Source: Verrucomicrobiales bacterium
GTDB lineage: Bacteria; Verrucomicrobiota; Verrucomicrobiia; Limisphaerales; JAYPEY01
Direction: 5' to 3'
NCBI GenBank assembly: GCA_038126035.1
Contig: JAYPEY010000005.1
Location: forward strand, 60,753-124,752
Length of the DNA: 64,000 nucleotides
How positions within the stretch are numbered: position 1 is the first letter of the stretch; every line of letters starts with the position of its first letter. Positions 54,212 through 63,783 of the stretch are shown here, piece after piece. A program made the translations under genes and the position numbers. The notes beneath the pieces were generated by a model, which saw nothing but the letters and a program-made list of their open reading frames with translations, did no database searches and was not told where the DNA came from.

Positions 54212-54373
54212 AAGGCGATCAAAGGGAATCGGGTTTTGCGCGCGATGGCAAGGGCGGAAGCCGTGCAGTAAAGCGTCGCCGCGCCTGAAAAGACGTAGCC
54301 GCGCCCGCGAGAACGTGGCCGCGTCCGCGAGTTCCACCTTCCTGCGAAGGCGGCTACGGATCCGCAAGGGCCG

Positions 54374-54901
54374 CTACACATCGATGATGGGCGGGCCGTC
54401 GTTGTCGTCCTTGTCGCGGTCGTTGTCCAACCGGTCCCGTCGGGACGAGGAAGGATGACGATTGACGCTGGCCTGAACGCGGAAGGAGCCGCGCATCGGG
54501 CTGACCTGGGCGCCGGTGAGCGACGCGACAATCAGGGCGACCAGGCTGATGACCAAACCGCCCCAGAACGCCGTCCAGAATCCATCGACATGAAACGTCT
54601 CCACCAAAGAGCCCACGAACATAAGCAGCAGGGCGTTCATCACAAAGGCGAAGACCCCGAGTGTGAGACAACCCAGCACGAGCTTGATCCGGCCGAAGAG
54701 CGCATTGAGGGCGCCCAGCAGGAGCGAGGCCACGAACAAACCGCCGACTGTGTCGTAGTTGATGCCGCGCAGGATGTTCGCCGCAACCAGGACCCCCAGC
54801 GTGGTGACCGCCCAACGTTGCACAAACAACTTGAGCGCCGCCCCGGAATCCCGGGGCGGCTGCGCGTCGGGTCGCGGAATGGGTTCGCCGTGATCGGTCA
54901 C
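54374..54901 (-). CDS. phage holin family IV (DUF360) membrane protein
   Basis: Four TM helices: VQRWAVTTLGVLVAANIL, GGLFVASLLLGALNALF, LGCLTLGVFAFVMNALLLMFV, FWGGLVISLVALIVASL. Confidence 0.8.
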   Translation of the reverse strand: MTDHGEPIPRPDAQPPRDSGAALKLFVQRWAVTTLGVLVAANILRGINYDTVGGLFVASLLLGALNALFGRIKLVLGCLTLGVFAFVMNALLLMFVGSLVETFHVDGFWTAFWGGLVISLVALIVASLTGAQVSPMRGSFRVQASVNRHPSSSRRDRLDNDRDKDDNDGPPIIDV

Positions 54902-54963
54902 GGGCTCAGAGTCGAACGAATCTCCGGTTGCGACAAGGGAGAATGAAAGGCGAGCGATGGGAC

Positions 54964-55093
54964 GGGGCGCAGCTGTGTCCCGTCTTCGGGATCAGCCGCA
55001 GCGTTTTGGGGAGGAAGGCCGCGTGGAGAGACTCCCTTGATCCCCGTCAGGCACACCGTTCCTGCGGCCGGCTCCCGGAACTCTTGTCGGCGA
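54964..55093 (+). repeat. MITE-like intergenic element, copy A
   Basis: ggggcgcagctgtgtcccgtcttcgggatcagccgcagcg is nearly identical over the first ~38 nt to copy B at 59287. Its 3' end (cctgcggccggctcccggaactcttgtcggcg) is an imperfect inverted copy of its 5' end. Confidence 0.6.
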
Positions 55094-55104
55094 CCGGTGC
55101 GACT

Positions 55105-56166
55105 TCAACAGCCGATGGCGTCCTCCGCGATTTCGGTCTCCTCCGGGTGAAACGCGGCGTCCAGTTCACGCTTCAGCTCTTCGGAGCGCGGGTCGTCGCC
55201 GAGATTGACCTGCAGGAATGCGGCGCCCCGATCCGCCTGCAGTTCGAAGGATTCCAGACCCGCCGGGATGATCGCAAATTGTCCCGGCGTCAATGGCGGC
55301 GGGGCGTGATCGGCGATGATCCGGATCTGCTTCTCAAGCGCCGCGATGATCCACATCCTGTCGCTTTCACAGGGGATGCTTCCGTTCTTCACAAACTCGA
55401 TCCGCTCGACCTCGAAATGCTCGTTGCTGGTGAGAAGCGTCGATGAGAAGAGCGGTCCCCGTTGCGGAAGCTCATCTGACAATGGCGGCTCAAAGTCGGC
55501 AAAGTCGATGGATTTCATCGCCTGGTCGACATGCAGTTCGCGCGGCCGGCCATCCAGACCCACGCGATTCCAGTCGAACACGCGGTAGGTGGTGTCGGAG
55601 TTCTGCTGGATCTCGAAGATGACGTTGCCGCCGCCGATGGCATGGAGCCGGCCGCTGGGCAGATAGATCGAATCGCCGGCCGCGGTTGGAATCCGGTGGA
55701 GACACCGGGCGACCGAGCCGTCGAGGAGGCTCCCTTCAAACTCACCGCGCGAGATCCCCTTCTTCAATCCGACGTAGATGTCGGCGTCCGGCGACGCATG
55801 GGTCACGTGCCACATTTCCGACTTGGGTTCGCCGCCCAGATCTTCGGCGACGCCGGCGGGCGGATGCACCTGCACGGAGAGTTTCTGTTCGGCGTCGAGA
55901 ATCTTGACCAACAGTGGGAAGCGGCCGCTCAGCGGCTTGGCCGACCCCAGCAACTCGGCGGCGTGATTCTCCATCAACCAACGCAGATCGCGACCGGCCA
56001 GGGGGCCGTCGGCGATGACGCTGACGCCTTCCGGCCGATCGGTGATCTCCCAGGACTCGCCGATCGGCACATCCGGCGGCAGGGGCTTGTCGTACAGCCG
56101 CTCGATGTTGCGGCCGCCCCAGACGCGCTCCTTGAAGATGGGCTTGAAGGTGAGTGGGTAGAGCAT
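55105..56166 (-). CDS. manA: class I mannose-6-phosphate isomerase
   Basis: I prefer ATG 56166 (MLYPLTFKPIFKERVWGGRNIERLY...). Blocks: IGESWEI, FPLLVKILDAEQKLSVQVHP, and cupin blocks. The upstream part of the ORF overlaps repeat unit 3. Confidence 0.85.
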   Translation of the reverse strand: MLYPLTFKPIFKERVWGGRNIERLYDKPLPPDVPIGESWEITDRPEGVSVIADGPLAGRDLRWLMENHAAELLGSAKPLSGRFPLLVKILDAEQKLSVQVHPPAGVAEDLGGEPKSEMWHVTHASPDADIYVGLKKGISRGEFEGSLLDGSVARCLHRIPTAAGDSIYLPSGRLHAIGGGNVIFEIQQNSDTTYRVFDWNRVGLDGRPRELHVDQAMKSIDFADFEPPLSDELPQRGPLFSSTLLTSNEHFEVERIEFVKNGSIPCESDRMWIIAALEKQIRIIADHAPPPLTPGQFAIIPAGLESFELQADRGAAFLQVNLGDDPRSEELKRELDAAFHPEETEIAEDAIGC

Positions 56167-56255
56167 GACGACAAGAGACAAATTGAAACCGCGCCGGTGG
56201 GGCGAAGCTCCCGCTGAGCCGGGCATTGCTCCGAGATCGAACGTCCGGCCGCCAT

Positions 56256-56331
56256 CGCGCGAACCCACCCCGATTTCACTCCTCGGATCCGGCTGCGCCG
56301 GCGGAGTGAAATATCCCCTCCCGAGAGGGGG
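56256..56331 (-). repeat. structured ~75-nt repeat, unit 3
   Basis: The reverse strand reads ccccctctcgggaggggatatttcactccgccggcgcagccggatccgaggagtgaaatcggggtgggttcgcgcg. It lies in the spacer between accA and the isomerase gene. Confidence 0.8.
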
Positions 56332-56340
56332 ACAGGTGAA

Positions 56341-57321
56341 TCACGCCGCCTTGCGACGGGCCTTTTCCTCGAAGTGGCCGAGGGCGCGGTATTTCTCGTA
56401 GCGTTGTTCCAGGCGTTTCTCGACGGAAAGCTTCTCCAGTTGCGCGAGGTTCCTCTCCAGGCTGGCGCCGAGGTTCGCAGCGGTGGTTTCGACATCGTTG
56501 TGCGCGCCGCCGAGCGGTTCGGAAATGATCTCATCGACGAGCCCCAGCCCCTTCAGATCCTGCGCGGTGATCTTCAACGCGGCGGCGGCCTGCGGCGCGG
56601 CGGCGCGGTCCTTCCACAGGATCGCGGCGCAGCCTTCCGGACTGATGACGGAGTAATAGGCGTTCTCGAGGACGAGAACCCGGTCCGCCACGCCGATGCC
56701 CAACGCGCCGCCGGATCCGCCTTCTCCGATGACGGCCGCGACAATTGGAACCTTGAAAAGCATCATTTCACGCAGGTTGACCGCAATGGCCTCGGCGATG
56801 TGCCGCTCCTCCGCGCCGATGCCCGGATACGCGCCGGCGGTGTCGATCAGGGTCACGATCGGCAGGCCGAACTTGTCGGCCATCTTCATCAGGCGAAGCG
56901 CCTTGCGATAGCCTTCGGGATGGGCTGAGCCAAAATTGCGGAGGATGTTCTCCTTGGTGTCGCGGCCCTTCTGGGTGGCGATGACCATGACCTTGCGTTC
57001 GCCGAGGTAGGCAAAGCCGCCCACGATGGCGCGGTCGTCCGAATAAAGACGATCGCCGTGAAGCTCGCTGAAGCCGGAAAACGTGGAATGGCAGTAATCC
57101 AGGGAGTAGGGCCGCTGCTGATGGCGGGCGAGTTGGATCCGCTGCCAGGGGGTGAGGTTCGTGTAGACCGTCCTGCGGGTCTCCTCGAGCTTCTTCTCAA
57201 TCCGGCCGATCTCCTCCTGGAAATCAATGCCCAAGGAGGCCTTGTCCGGATGGTTCTTCAACTCATCCAGCTTCTGCTGCAATTCAATGATCGGCTTCTC
57301 GAATTCGAGCGGGGTCTTCAT
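56341..57321 (-). CDS. accA: acetyl-CoA carboxylase carboxyltransferase subunit alpha
   Basis: MKTPLEFEKPIIELQQKLDELK..., TPWQRIQLARHQQRPY, PIVTLIDTAGAYPGIGAEERH, VIGEGGSGGALG. Confidence 0.95.
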   Translation of the reverse strand: MKTPLEFEKPIIELQQKLDELKNHPDKASLGIDFQEEIGRIEKKLEETRRTVYTNLTPWQRIQLARHQQRPYSLDYCHSTFSGFSELHGDRLYSDDRAIVGGFAYLGERKVMVIATQKGRDTKENILRNFGSAHPEGYRKALRLMKMADKFGLPIVTLIDTAGAYPGIGAEERHIAEAIAVNLREMMLFKVPIVAAVIGEGGSGGALGIGVADRVLVLENAYYSVISPEGCAAILWKDRAAAPQAAAALKITAQDLKGLGLVDEIISEPLGGAHNDVETTAANLGASLERNLAQLEKLSVEKRLEQRYEKYRALGHFEEKARRKAA

Positions 57322-57349
57322 TTGGCTTGGAGCGGACTGTAAAGAGGCG

Positions 57350-57949
57350 TCAGGACGCGCGCAACGGGGAATTGTCGACGCGTTTCAGGATCTCGAAAAG
57401 GCTGTCGCCATGCTTGAGGGTCTTCACCTCCGCCCACGGCGACGGGATCTCCAGTGTGTCGCGTTTGGTGTGCCCCAGGACCAGCAATCCGTCCTCCTTC
57501 AACAAGGCGGGCAGAAGCTCATCGTCCAACAGTTTCTGCGAAAAGGAGGTTGAGCGCCGGTTGATGTTCTTCTCGCCGAAGGGCGGGTCGGCGAGAATGA
57601 GATCGAAAGCCCGGCCCGTCTCGGCGAGCTGGCGAATCCCCACGAAGGCGTCCTTGACCCGGATGTCGTAATTCCCGTCGCCGAGTCTTGCCGCGCGGGC
57701 GTTCTGCCGGATGAACTGCGCGTGCTTGCCCGCCTTTTCAATGCAGACCGCGCGTTTGGAGCCGCGGCTGAGGCATTCGAGACTCAATGCGCCCGTGCCG
57801 CCAAACAGCTCCAGAACCTCGGCCTCCACCACCGCCCCGGCGAGACTGTTGAAGATCGCCTGCCGCACGAGATCCGGCGTGGGCCGGACATCGTAGCCCT
57901 TCGGAACCTTCAGGATCGTCCCCGCCGCTGTGCCGCCGATGATGCGCAT
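57350..57949 (-). CDS. rsmD: 16S rRNA (guanine966-N2)-methyltransferase RsmD
   Basis: MRIIGGTAAGTILKVPKGYDVRPTPDLVRQAIFNSL, LELFGGTGALSLECLSRG, and the DPPF motif in LILADPPF. Confidence 0.9.
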   Translation of the reverse strand: MRIIGGTAAGTILKVPKGYDVRPTPDLVRQAIFNSLAGAVVEAEVLELFGGTGALSLECLSRGSKRAVCIEKAGKHAQFIRQNARAARLGDGNYDIRVKDAFVGIRQLAETGRAFDLILADPPFGEKNINRRSTSFSQKLLDDELLPALLKEDGLLVLGHTKRDTLEIPSPWAEVKTLKHGDSLFEILKRVDNSPLRAS

Positions 57950-57957
57950 CAGAGTTC

Positions 57958-58140
57958 CAAATTCGAAATCCGAATCCCGAAATCCGAAACAACATCGAAA
58001 TGCGAAGTCTCAAACCCCGAAACGAAGACACGCGCGAACGTGCCCGGGGTCACGTTTCGAGTCTTCGAATTTGTTTCCGCCTTCACTGGGTTTCGTCGCG
58101 ACAAGTCGGATTTCGACATTCGAGTTTCGGATTTCCGAAC
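57958..58140. repeat. low-complexity spacer built from AAATCCG-type heptamers in both orientations
   Basis: The left side reads aaattcg aaatccg aatcccg aaatccg aaac. The right side reads gtcggatttcgacattcgagtttcggatttccgaac. The segment cccgaaatccgaaac (left) is complementary to gtttcggatttc (right). It fills the whole rlmB-rsmD spacer. Confidence 0.75.
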
Positions 58141-58141
58141 C

Positions 58142-58906
58142 TCAGTTCGGCTTCACGGCCTTCGCCATCGTGTGCATGGCGATTCCGGCGGCCACCGAGG
58201 CGTTCAATGAATTGATCCGCCCGACCTGCGGGATGCGCAGGATGATCTGCGCCTCATTCAGGATGAACTGCCCGACCGACTTGTCCTCGCCGCCGATGAC
58301 CAGCAGAAGTTTGTCGATGGATCCCGGTTTGATGTCGTCGAGCGAGGTCTCGCCCTTGGCGTCGAGGGCGGCGATCGTGAACCCCTCCTCCAGGGCGCGC
58401 TTCACGTATTGGTTCGCCGAACGCGACCGGGCGATCTGCATGAATTCCGACGCGCCCGCCGAGACCTTGACGATGGAGGGATAAACCTCGGGCACACCCT
58501 TGTGCGGCAGGAAGACGCTGTTGAAGCCGAAGATCTCCGCGCTGCGGAGGATGCCGCCGACGTTGTGCGGGTCCTCCACATTGTCCAACAACAACACGCG
58601 CGAATCGGCGTAGAGCGGCTCGTAGTCCACATACCAATAGGGCGACGTCTTGATCACCGCGCCCTGGTTCTCCCGGCTTTTCGACAGATCGATCAGGCGC
58701 CCCTTCTCCACCCAGTTCACCGGGATCTCCTTGCGCTCCAGCAGGGTCACCAGCTTCTTCAGGCGCGGGTTGTTGCGCGTGGCCTGGTTGAGGTAGGCCT
58801 CGTAGACCTTGCGCCGCCCGGCGCGGACGACCTCAAAGCACGGGTTGATTCCGTAAATGTATTCTCGGCTTGGCTTGCTCACGGTGGGATTCGGAAAGGG
58901 AAACAA
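58142..58906 (-). CDS. rlmB: 23S rRNA (guanosine-2'-O)-methyltransferase RlmB (SpoU/TrmH family)
   Basis: IYGINPCFEVV, LLLDNVEDPHNVGGILRSAEIFG, LLLVIGGEDKSVG, RIPQVGRINSLNASVAAGIAMH. Confidence 0.88.
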   Translation of the reverse strand: MFPFPNPTVSKPSREYIYGINPCFEVVRAGRRKVYEAYLNQATRNNPRLKKLVTLLERKEIPVNWVEKGRLIDLSKSRENQGAVIKTSPYWYVDYEPLYADSRVLLLDNVEDPHNVGGILRSAEIFGFNSVFLPHKGVPEVYPSIVKVSAGASEFMQIARSRSANQYVKRALEEGFTIAALDAKGETSLDDIKPGSIDKLLLVIGGEDKSVGQFILNEAQIILRIPQVGRINSLNASVAAGIAMHTMAKAVKPN

Positions 58907-58909
58907 CTG

Positions 58910-59164
58910 TCACTGTTCAGTGAGTGGGTCAATGCCCATACGCTTCAAATGGGCTTTTTGTTTGTCGTCAAGCGTCTCGCCAAACGTTGAAACAAACCGG
59001 GCGAAATCCTCGCGCACAACCTGCTGACAGGCAAACAGGAGAGCTTGTCCGGCAAGCTTCAAGGCCGATCTTTCGGGGGAATCGGATGGGCAACCAATCG
59101 CGATACGACCCAACACCTCGGCGGAGCGTTCGTAAACTTCGTCGTTCATTTCCATTTCATTCAT
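58910..59164 (-). CDS. hypothetical small protein (84 aa)
   Basis: MNEMEMNDEVYERSAEVLGRIAIGCPSDSPERSALKLAGQALLFACQQVVREDFARF.... Its stop is 3 nt before the rlmB start. It is in a lower-GC patch. Confidence 0.5.
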   Translation of the reverse strand: MNEMEMNDEVYERSAEVLGRIAIGCPSDSPERSALKLAGQALLFACQQVVREDFARFVSTFGETLDDKQKAHLKRMGIDPLTEQ

Positions 59165-59286
59165 CCTATGTGCAAGTCCACAGGGGTCACAATGCCGGAG
59201 GCGTCACCGTCGCTCTCTTATTACGTGTAAACCACGCACATCCCCACGGATGGCAAAGCCGACCCACGGATGAGATTCAACCGCCC

Positions 59287-59414
59287 GGGGCGCGGCTGTG
59301 TCCCGTCTTCGGGATCAGCCGCAGCGACCAGGGAGAAGATGTCGCGTGGAACAACCCCTCGCGTCGTTTGCGACCGACGTTGCTGCGGCTGGTCTTCGAC
59401 ACAACCGCGCTCCG
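59287..59414 (+). repeat. MITE-like intergenic element, copy B
   Basis: The 5' end is ggggcgcggctgtgtcccgtcttcgggatcagccgcagcg. The 3' end, gttgctgcggctggtcttcgacacaaccgcgctccg, is an inverted partial copy of the 5' end. It begins with the same GTTGCTGCGG as the RAYT-flanking REP. Confidence 0.6.
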
Positions 59415-59449
59415 AACGCGTGGCGCCCGTTCAGGCCTGAAAGGGCGGG

Positions 59450-62400
59450 TTACGCCGGTTGCGCCTCGGCCTGCAGCCGTTCCTCCAACTCCTCGAGCTT
59501 CAGTTCCGCGACGATCACCATCAGCGCGGGAATGAAGGTCATGACCACCACCGCGGAAACCACCGTGCCCATTCCCAGGGAAATGGCCATCGGCACGAGG
59601 AACTGGGCCTGGATACTGGTCTCGAAAATCATCGGCAGCAGGCCGAGGAAGGTGGTGATCGCGGTCAGGAGAATCGGCCGGAAGCGCCGTTGCGCCGCGC
59701 GAACGATGGCCTCGCGGGCCGGAACGCCCTCGCGCAGGTAATCGTTCCGGGTGACAGCGAGGACGAAGGCGCCATTCACGACCATGCCGCACAGGGCGAT
59801 CATGCCGAAGATGCTGAACACGCTCAGGTCAAAGCCCATCAACACGTGGCCCATGACCGCGCCGGCCAGGCTCCACGGGATCATCAACAAGACAACCAAC
59901 GCCTGCAGGTAGCTCCGCAGCAGCGACGCCATCAGCGCGTAGACCGCGAACAGCGAACCCAACAGTCCCCACGAAAGATTGACCAGCGATTCGCGTTGTT
60001 CCCGTTGTTCGCCCTCGAAGCGGAAACGCAACGCCGGATACTTCTGCTGGATGGCCGGCATCTCCGCGCGGCTGAAGGCGGACAGGACCTTGTTGCCCGT
60101 CGTCTGGCCGGGAATGACATTGGCCGTGACGTTGTGGACGCGCGAACCATCCAGTCGTTCGATGCGCGTGGGCGCGGAGGTCGGGATCACCCGGGCCGCC
60201 TGGCGCAGCGGAATCTCGCCGCCGCCTGGGACGCGGATCAGCATGTCCTCCAGGCTGCCGCGGGAGCGTCGTTCGTGCTCCGGAAACTGCACCATCACGC
60301 GCAGTTCATCGCGTTCGCGCGGTTGGCGCAAAGCCTCGGCCCCGACGAAGGCATGCCGGATCTGCTGGCCCAGTTCGCGCGCGGTCAGGCCCAGGCTGCG
60401 GCCCTCCGGCGTGATCTCGAAATTGAACTGCGGCATCTCGCGGCCGAAGCCTTTCCTCACGTCCTCCACGCCGGGATACTTGCCGATGGCTTCGGCCACC
60501 TCGGTCGCCGCCTTCCGCAGCGTCTCCACGTCCGGATGGGAAATCTGGATGTCGATCTCGGCCGAACCGCCGGGGCCGATCAGGTAGTCAAAAAACACGG
60601 ACTCCAGGTCCGGAATGTCCGGAATCTCCTTGCGCCACACATCCGCAAACTGAGACCCGGTGATCTTGCGCTGGCTCTGCGACACCAACCGCACCGACAC
60701 CTCGCAATCACTGGAACTGCGTTCCGCCACCGAGGTTGAGATGCCGACCAGGATGTCCTTCTCGCCGGTCTTCTCAAGCGCCCGCCGCGCCGCGCGCTCA
60801 ATTTCGAACGCCACCTCGCGGGTTCGGTTCACCGGCGTGCCGGAGGGCAGTTCGATCTCCGCCTGCACAAAGGGCGTTTCAATCGAGGGTCGGAACGCGA
60901 AGTTGATCCGGCCGCTGAAGATGTAGCCGCAGGCCAGCAGCAGGACGCCCGCGAACGCGCCCACCGTCAACCAGCGATACCGGACAGCCCCGTGCACGAT
61001 CGGGCTGTACCATCGGTCGATCGCGTCGTCGATCTTCACGCGGAGCCGTGTCTGCCAGCGTTGGAAGGGATCGAACCATCGCAGCCACTTCGATTTGCTT
61101 TGAAAGGCAAGATGCGCCGGGAGAATCAGCAGGCACTCGATCAATGAAACCGTGAACACCGCGATCACCACCGCCGGCAGCACATAGAAGAAACGTCCCG
61201 TCTCGCCCGGCACGAACAGCAACGGCAGGAAGGCGATGATGTTGGTCGACACCGCGAACACCACCGGCACGGACATCGCCTTCGCCCCGGCGATCGCGGC
61301 CTCCAGCCGACTCATGCCCTCGGACATCTTGTGGAAGATGTCCTCGCCCACCACCACGGCATCATCGACCACGATGCCCAGGGTCACGATGAAGCCGAAC
61401 AGCGAGATCATGTTGATGCTGGCGTCCATCGCCGGCAACAGGAACAGCGAGCCGAGGATCGAGACCGGAATGCCGGCCGCGGTCCAGAAGGCGACGCGCA
61501 GTTCGAGAAAGAGCCCCAGGGCAAGGATCACCAGCATCAGGCCGAGGGCACCGTTGGTCATCAGCATGTCGATGCGTTCCTTGTAGGAGTTCGTCCGGTT
61601 GTAGGTGACCTTCATCCCCACGCTCGGCGGCAGGTTGGCCTGTTCACGTTGGATGAACTTCTCCACCGCGTTGGCCACCGTGATCGGGGATTGGGTCTCG
61701 GTGCTGTAGACCGCGAGCCAGATCGAGGGGCGGCCGTCGAAGTAGTTCTCCCGCTGCGCCTCCTCGAATCCGTCCTTCACCTCGGCGATGTCGCGCAACA
61801 GGACCTTGGATCCGTCGGTCCGGCTGATGACCGCGATCTCGTCGAATTCGCGGGCAAAGCTCTTGCGCTCCGAGGTTTTCAACAACACATCGCCGCTCGG
61901 GCTCTTGATCGAACCGGCCGGGACATCAAGAGCCGATTCGTCGATGGCCTCGGCAATGTCGTCCAGACGCAGGCCGAGCGAACGCAGCTTGTCCCGCGGG
62001 ATCACCACATGAATCTCCGGCCGCCGCATGCCCCGGACCTCGACGGAGGAAACTTCCGGTTCGGAAAGCAGGCCCGCCTCGATCTGCCGGGCAAATTTGA
62101 CGAGGCCCTGTTCGTCGAGGTCGCCGTAGATGGACAGGTACAACACGCCGCGTCGCCAACCGCCGTCCAGCGACACCTCCGGCGCCTCGGCCTCGGCGGG
62201 AAACAACCGGATACGTTGCACCGCGGCGGTGATCTCCTGCAGCCCCCGGTTGCGATCGACCCCCGGTGCCAGTTCGGCCCGGATGTCCGCGTCGCCCTCC
62301 CGCGCGATGGAGGTCACCTTGCGGATGAGGTCCAGCCCGCGCAGTTCGGCTTCAATGGGCAGGATGATCGACTGCTCCACCTCCTCCGGACTCGCGCCGG

Positions 62401-62584
62401 GATACTCCATCTCGATTTCAACGACATCGAGCGTGAAGGTGGGGTAGATCTCCTGGCGGATCCCGCGCGCGACGATGAGTCCGACCGCCACGACGGCGAA
62501 CATGAGCAGGTTCGCGGCGACGTGATTGCGCGCGAACCAGGTCAGAATGCCGGCCGGAGCGGGCGTTTGGGGACGCGCCTTCAT
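59450..62584 (-). CDS. RND efflux transporter permease (second system)
   Basis: 1044 aa with an AcrB-like 12-TM layout: FARNHVAANLLMFAVVAVGLI, VVDDAVVVGEDI. Confidence 0.95.
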   Translation of the reverse strand: MKARPQTPAPAGILTWFARNHVAANLLMFAVVAVGLIVARGIRQEIYPTFTLDVVEIEMEYPGASPEEVEQSIILPIEAELRGLDLIRKVTSIAREGDADIRAELAPGVDRNRGLQEITAAVQRIRLFPAEAEAPEVSLDGGWRRGVLYLSIYGDLDEQGLVKFARQIEAGLLSEPEVSSVEVRGMRRPEIHVVIPRDKLRSLGLRLDDIAEAIDESALDVPAGSIKSPSGDVLLKTSERKSFAREFDEIAVISRTDGSKVLLRDIAEVKDGFEEAQRENYFDGRPSIWLAVYSTETQSPITVANAVEKFIQREQANLPPSVGMKVTYNRTNSYKERIDMLMTNGALGLMLVILALGLFLELRVAFWTAAGIPVSILGSLFLLPAMDASINMISLFGFIVTLGIVVDDAVVVGEDIFHKMSEGMSRLEAAIAGAKAMSVPVVFAVSTNIIAFLPLLFVPGETGRFFYVLPAVVIAVFTVSLIECLLILPAHLAFQSKSKWLRWFDPFQRWQTRLRVKIDDAIDRWYSPIVHGAVRYRWLTVGAFAGVLLLACGYIFSGRINFAFRPSIETPFVQAEIELPSGTPVNRTREVAFEIERAARRALEKTGEKDILVGISTSVAERSSSDCEVSVRLVSQSQRKITGSQFADVWRKEIPDIPDLESVFFDYLIGPGGSAEIDIQISHPDVETLRKAATEVAEAIGKYPGVEDVRKGFGREMPQFNFEITPEGRSLGLTARELGQQIRHAFVGAEALRQPRERDELRVMVQFPEHERRSRGSLEDMLIRVPGGGEIPLRQAARVIPTSAPTRIERLDGSRVHNVTANVIPGQTTGNKVLSAFSRAEMPAIQQKYPALRFRFEGEQREQRESLVNLSWGLLGSLFAVYALMASLLRSYLQALVVLLMIPWSLAGAVMGHVLMGFDLSVFSIFGMIALCGMVVNGAFVLAVTRNDYLREGVPAREAIVRAAQRRFRPILLTAITTFLGLLPMIFETSIQAQFLVPMAISLGMGTVVSAVVVMTFIPALMVIVAELKLEELEERLQAEAQPA

Positions 62585-63783
62585 CCTCCTGAATCCGATT
62601 CGCCGCCGGGCGCAGGGGCCGCGTCCTGGACGTCCACTTTCATCCCTGGCAACGCGACCTTGAGCGGGCTGACGATCAGCCGTTCACCGGCGCCCAGGAC
62701 AGACCTGATGTAGATGGTCTCGTCCTCGCGCCAGAGAACCTCGGCGTCCTTGATCTGAAGCTCGTTGTTCTCATCGGCGACCCAGATCCGATTGCCATCG
62801 CGCAGTGCCGATCGATCGATGGCCAGAACGTTCTCCAAGACGCCTGCGTCAATCTCCACCCGCACGTAACTGCCAATCAGAAAAGGCGTCGTGTCGCCGC
62901 CCGGATTCAAGCCCAGGGGATCATTCACGCTGACCAGAACGCGGGCCATCCGTCCGGTGCGCTCCATTTCGCCCAGCAGACGGACAACGCGTCCCTTGCG
63001 GGTCGCCTGCTTGCCGTCGCCGGTCTCCAGTTCGATCCTCACCGAGGCGCCCGGTTGGTCGTCCTTGGGCAGGCGAACGTGCGGCAGACGGTCGATGGGC
63101 AGCGCCGCGCGAACCCAGAATTCATCCGTGCCGGCCAGGGTGGCTGCGGCCAGGCCGGGATCCACGCGCTGGCCGATCTCCAGCGACTCCTCCAGAATCA
63201 ACGCATTGAACGGCGCCTTGATCACGTGGCGACGGAGCAGTTCCTCGGCGCGGCTTTGCGCGGCCTTCAGACGCTGCAGGTCGGCGATCTCGGTTTCCAG
63301 GTCGGCCTCCAATGCGGCCAGTTCGGTCTTGGAAAGCAGGGTCTCGTCGGCGAGCTTGCGGGCCTCGTCGCGCTTGCGTTGCGCCTCCTTCAACTCGGCT
63401 TCCGACCGCGCAACCGCGGCTTTGGCCTCCACCAGCGTGAGTTCCGCCAGGGTCGTGTCGATCGCCAGCAGTTCCTCGCCCGCCCTCACCACGCCGCCGG
63501 GAACGAGCGATTCGTGCAGACGCACAACCGGCCCCGTAACCTCCGGCTCAATGATCAGCTCACGCGCCGCGATCACCGAACCGTGGGCCGCGACCGTGAT
63601 CCGATGCGACTCCGGCTTCAGCGCCGACGCCTTGACGATCTTGGGCGCGCGGACCTCTTCGGTGGGCTGTGTCCTCGGTCCGGACTTGAGCAGCAGCCAG
63701 CCCCCGCCAGTCGCCACGGCCACCACGACCAGCGCAAACACCCCGGACTTCCATCCGCCATCGTTGTCTTCTTCTGTCGGCAT
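62581..63783 (-). CDS. RND efflux periplasmic adaptor (second system)
   Basis: It has an N-terminal TM helix (VFALVVVAVATGGGWLLL) and a coiled-coil hairpin (EAKAAVARSEAELKEAQRKRDEARKLADE...LQRLKAAQSRAEELL). It overlaps the permease gene by 4 nt. Confidence 0.9.
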   Translation of the reverse strand: MPTEEDNDGGWKSGVFALVVVAVATGGGWLLLKSGPRTQPTEEVRAPKIVKASALKPESHRITVAAHGSVIAARELIIEPEVTGPVVRLHESLVPGGVVRAGEELLAIDTTLAELTLVEAKAAVARSEAELKEAQRKRDEARKLADETLLSKTELAALEADLETEIADLQRLKAAQSRAEELLRRHVIKAPFNALILEESLEIGQRVDPGLAAATLAGTDEFWVRAALPIDRLPHVRLPKDDQPGASVRIELETGDGKQATRKGRVVRLLGEMERTGRMARVLVSVNDPLGLNPGGDTTPFLIGSYVRVEIDAGVLENVLAIDRSALRDGNRIWVADENNELQIKDAEVLWREDETIYIRSVLGAGERLIVSPLKVALPGMKVDVQDAAPAPGGESDSGG

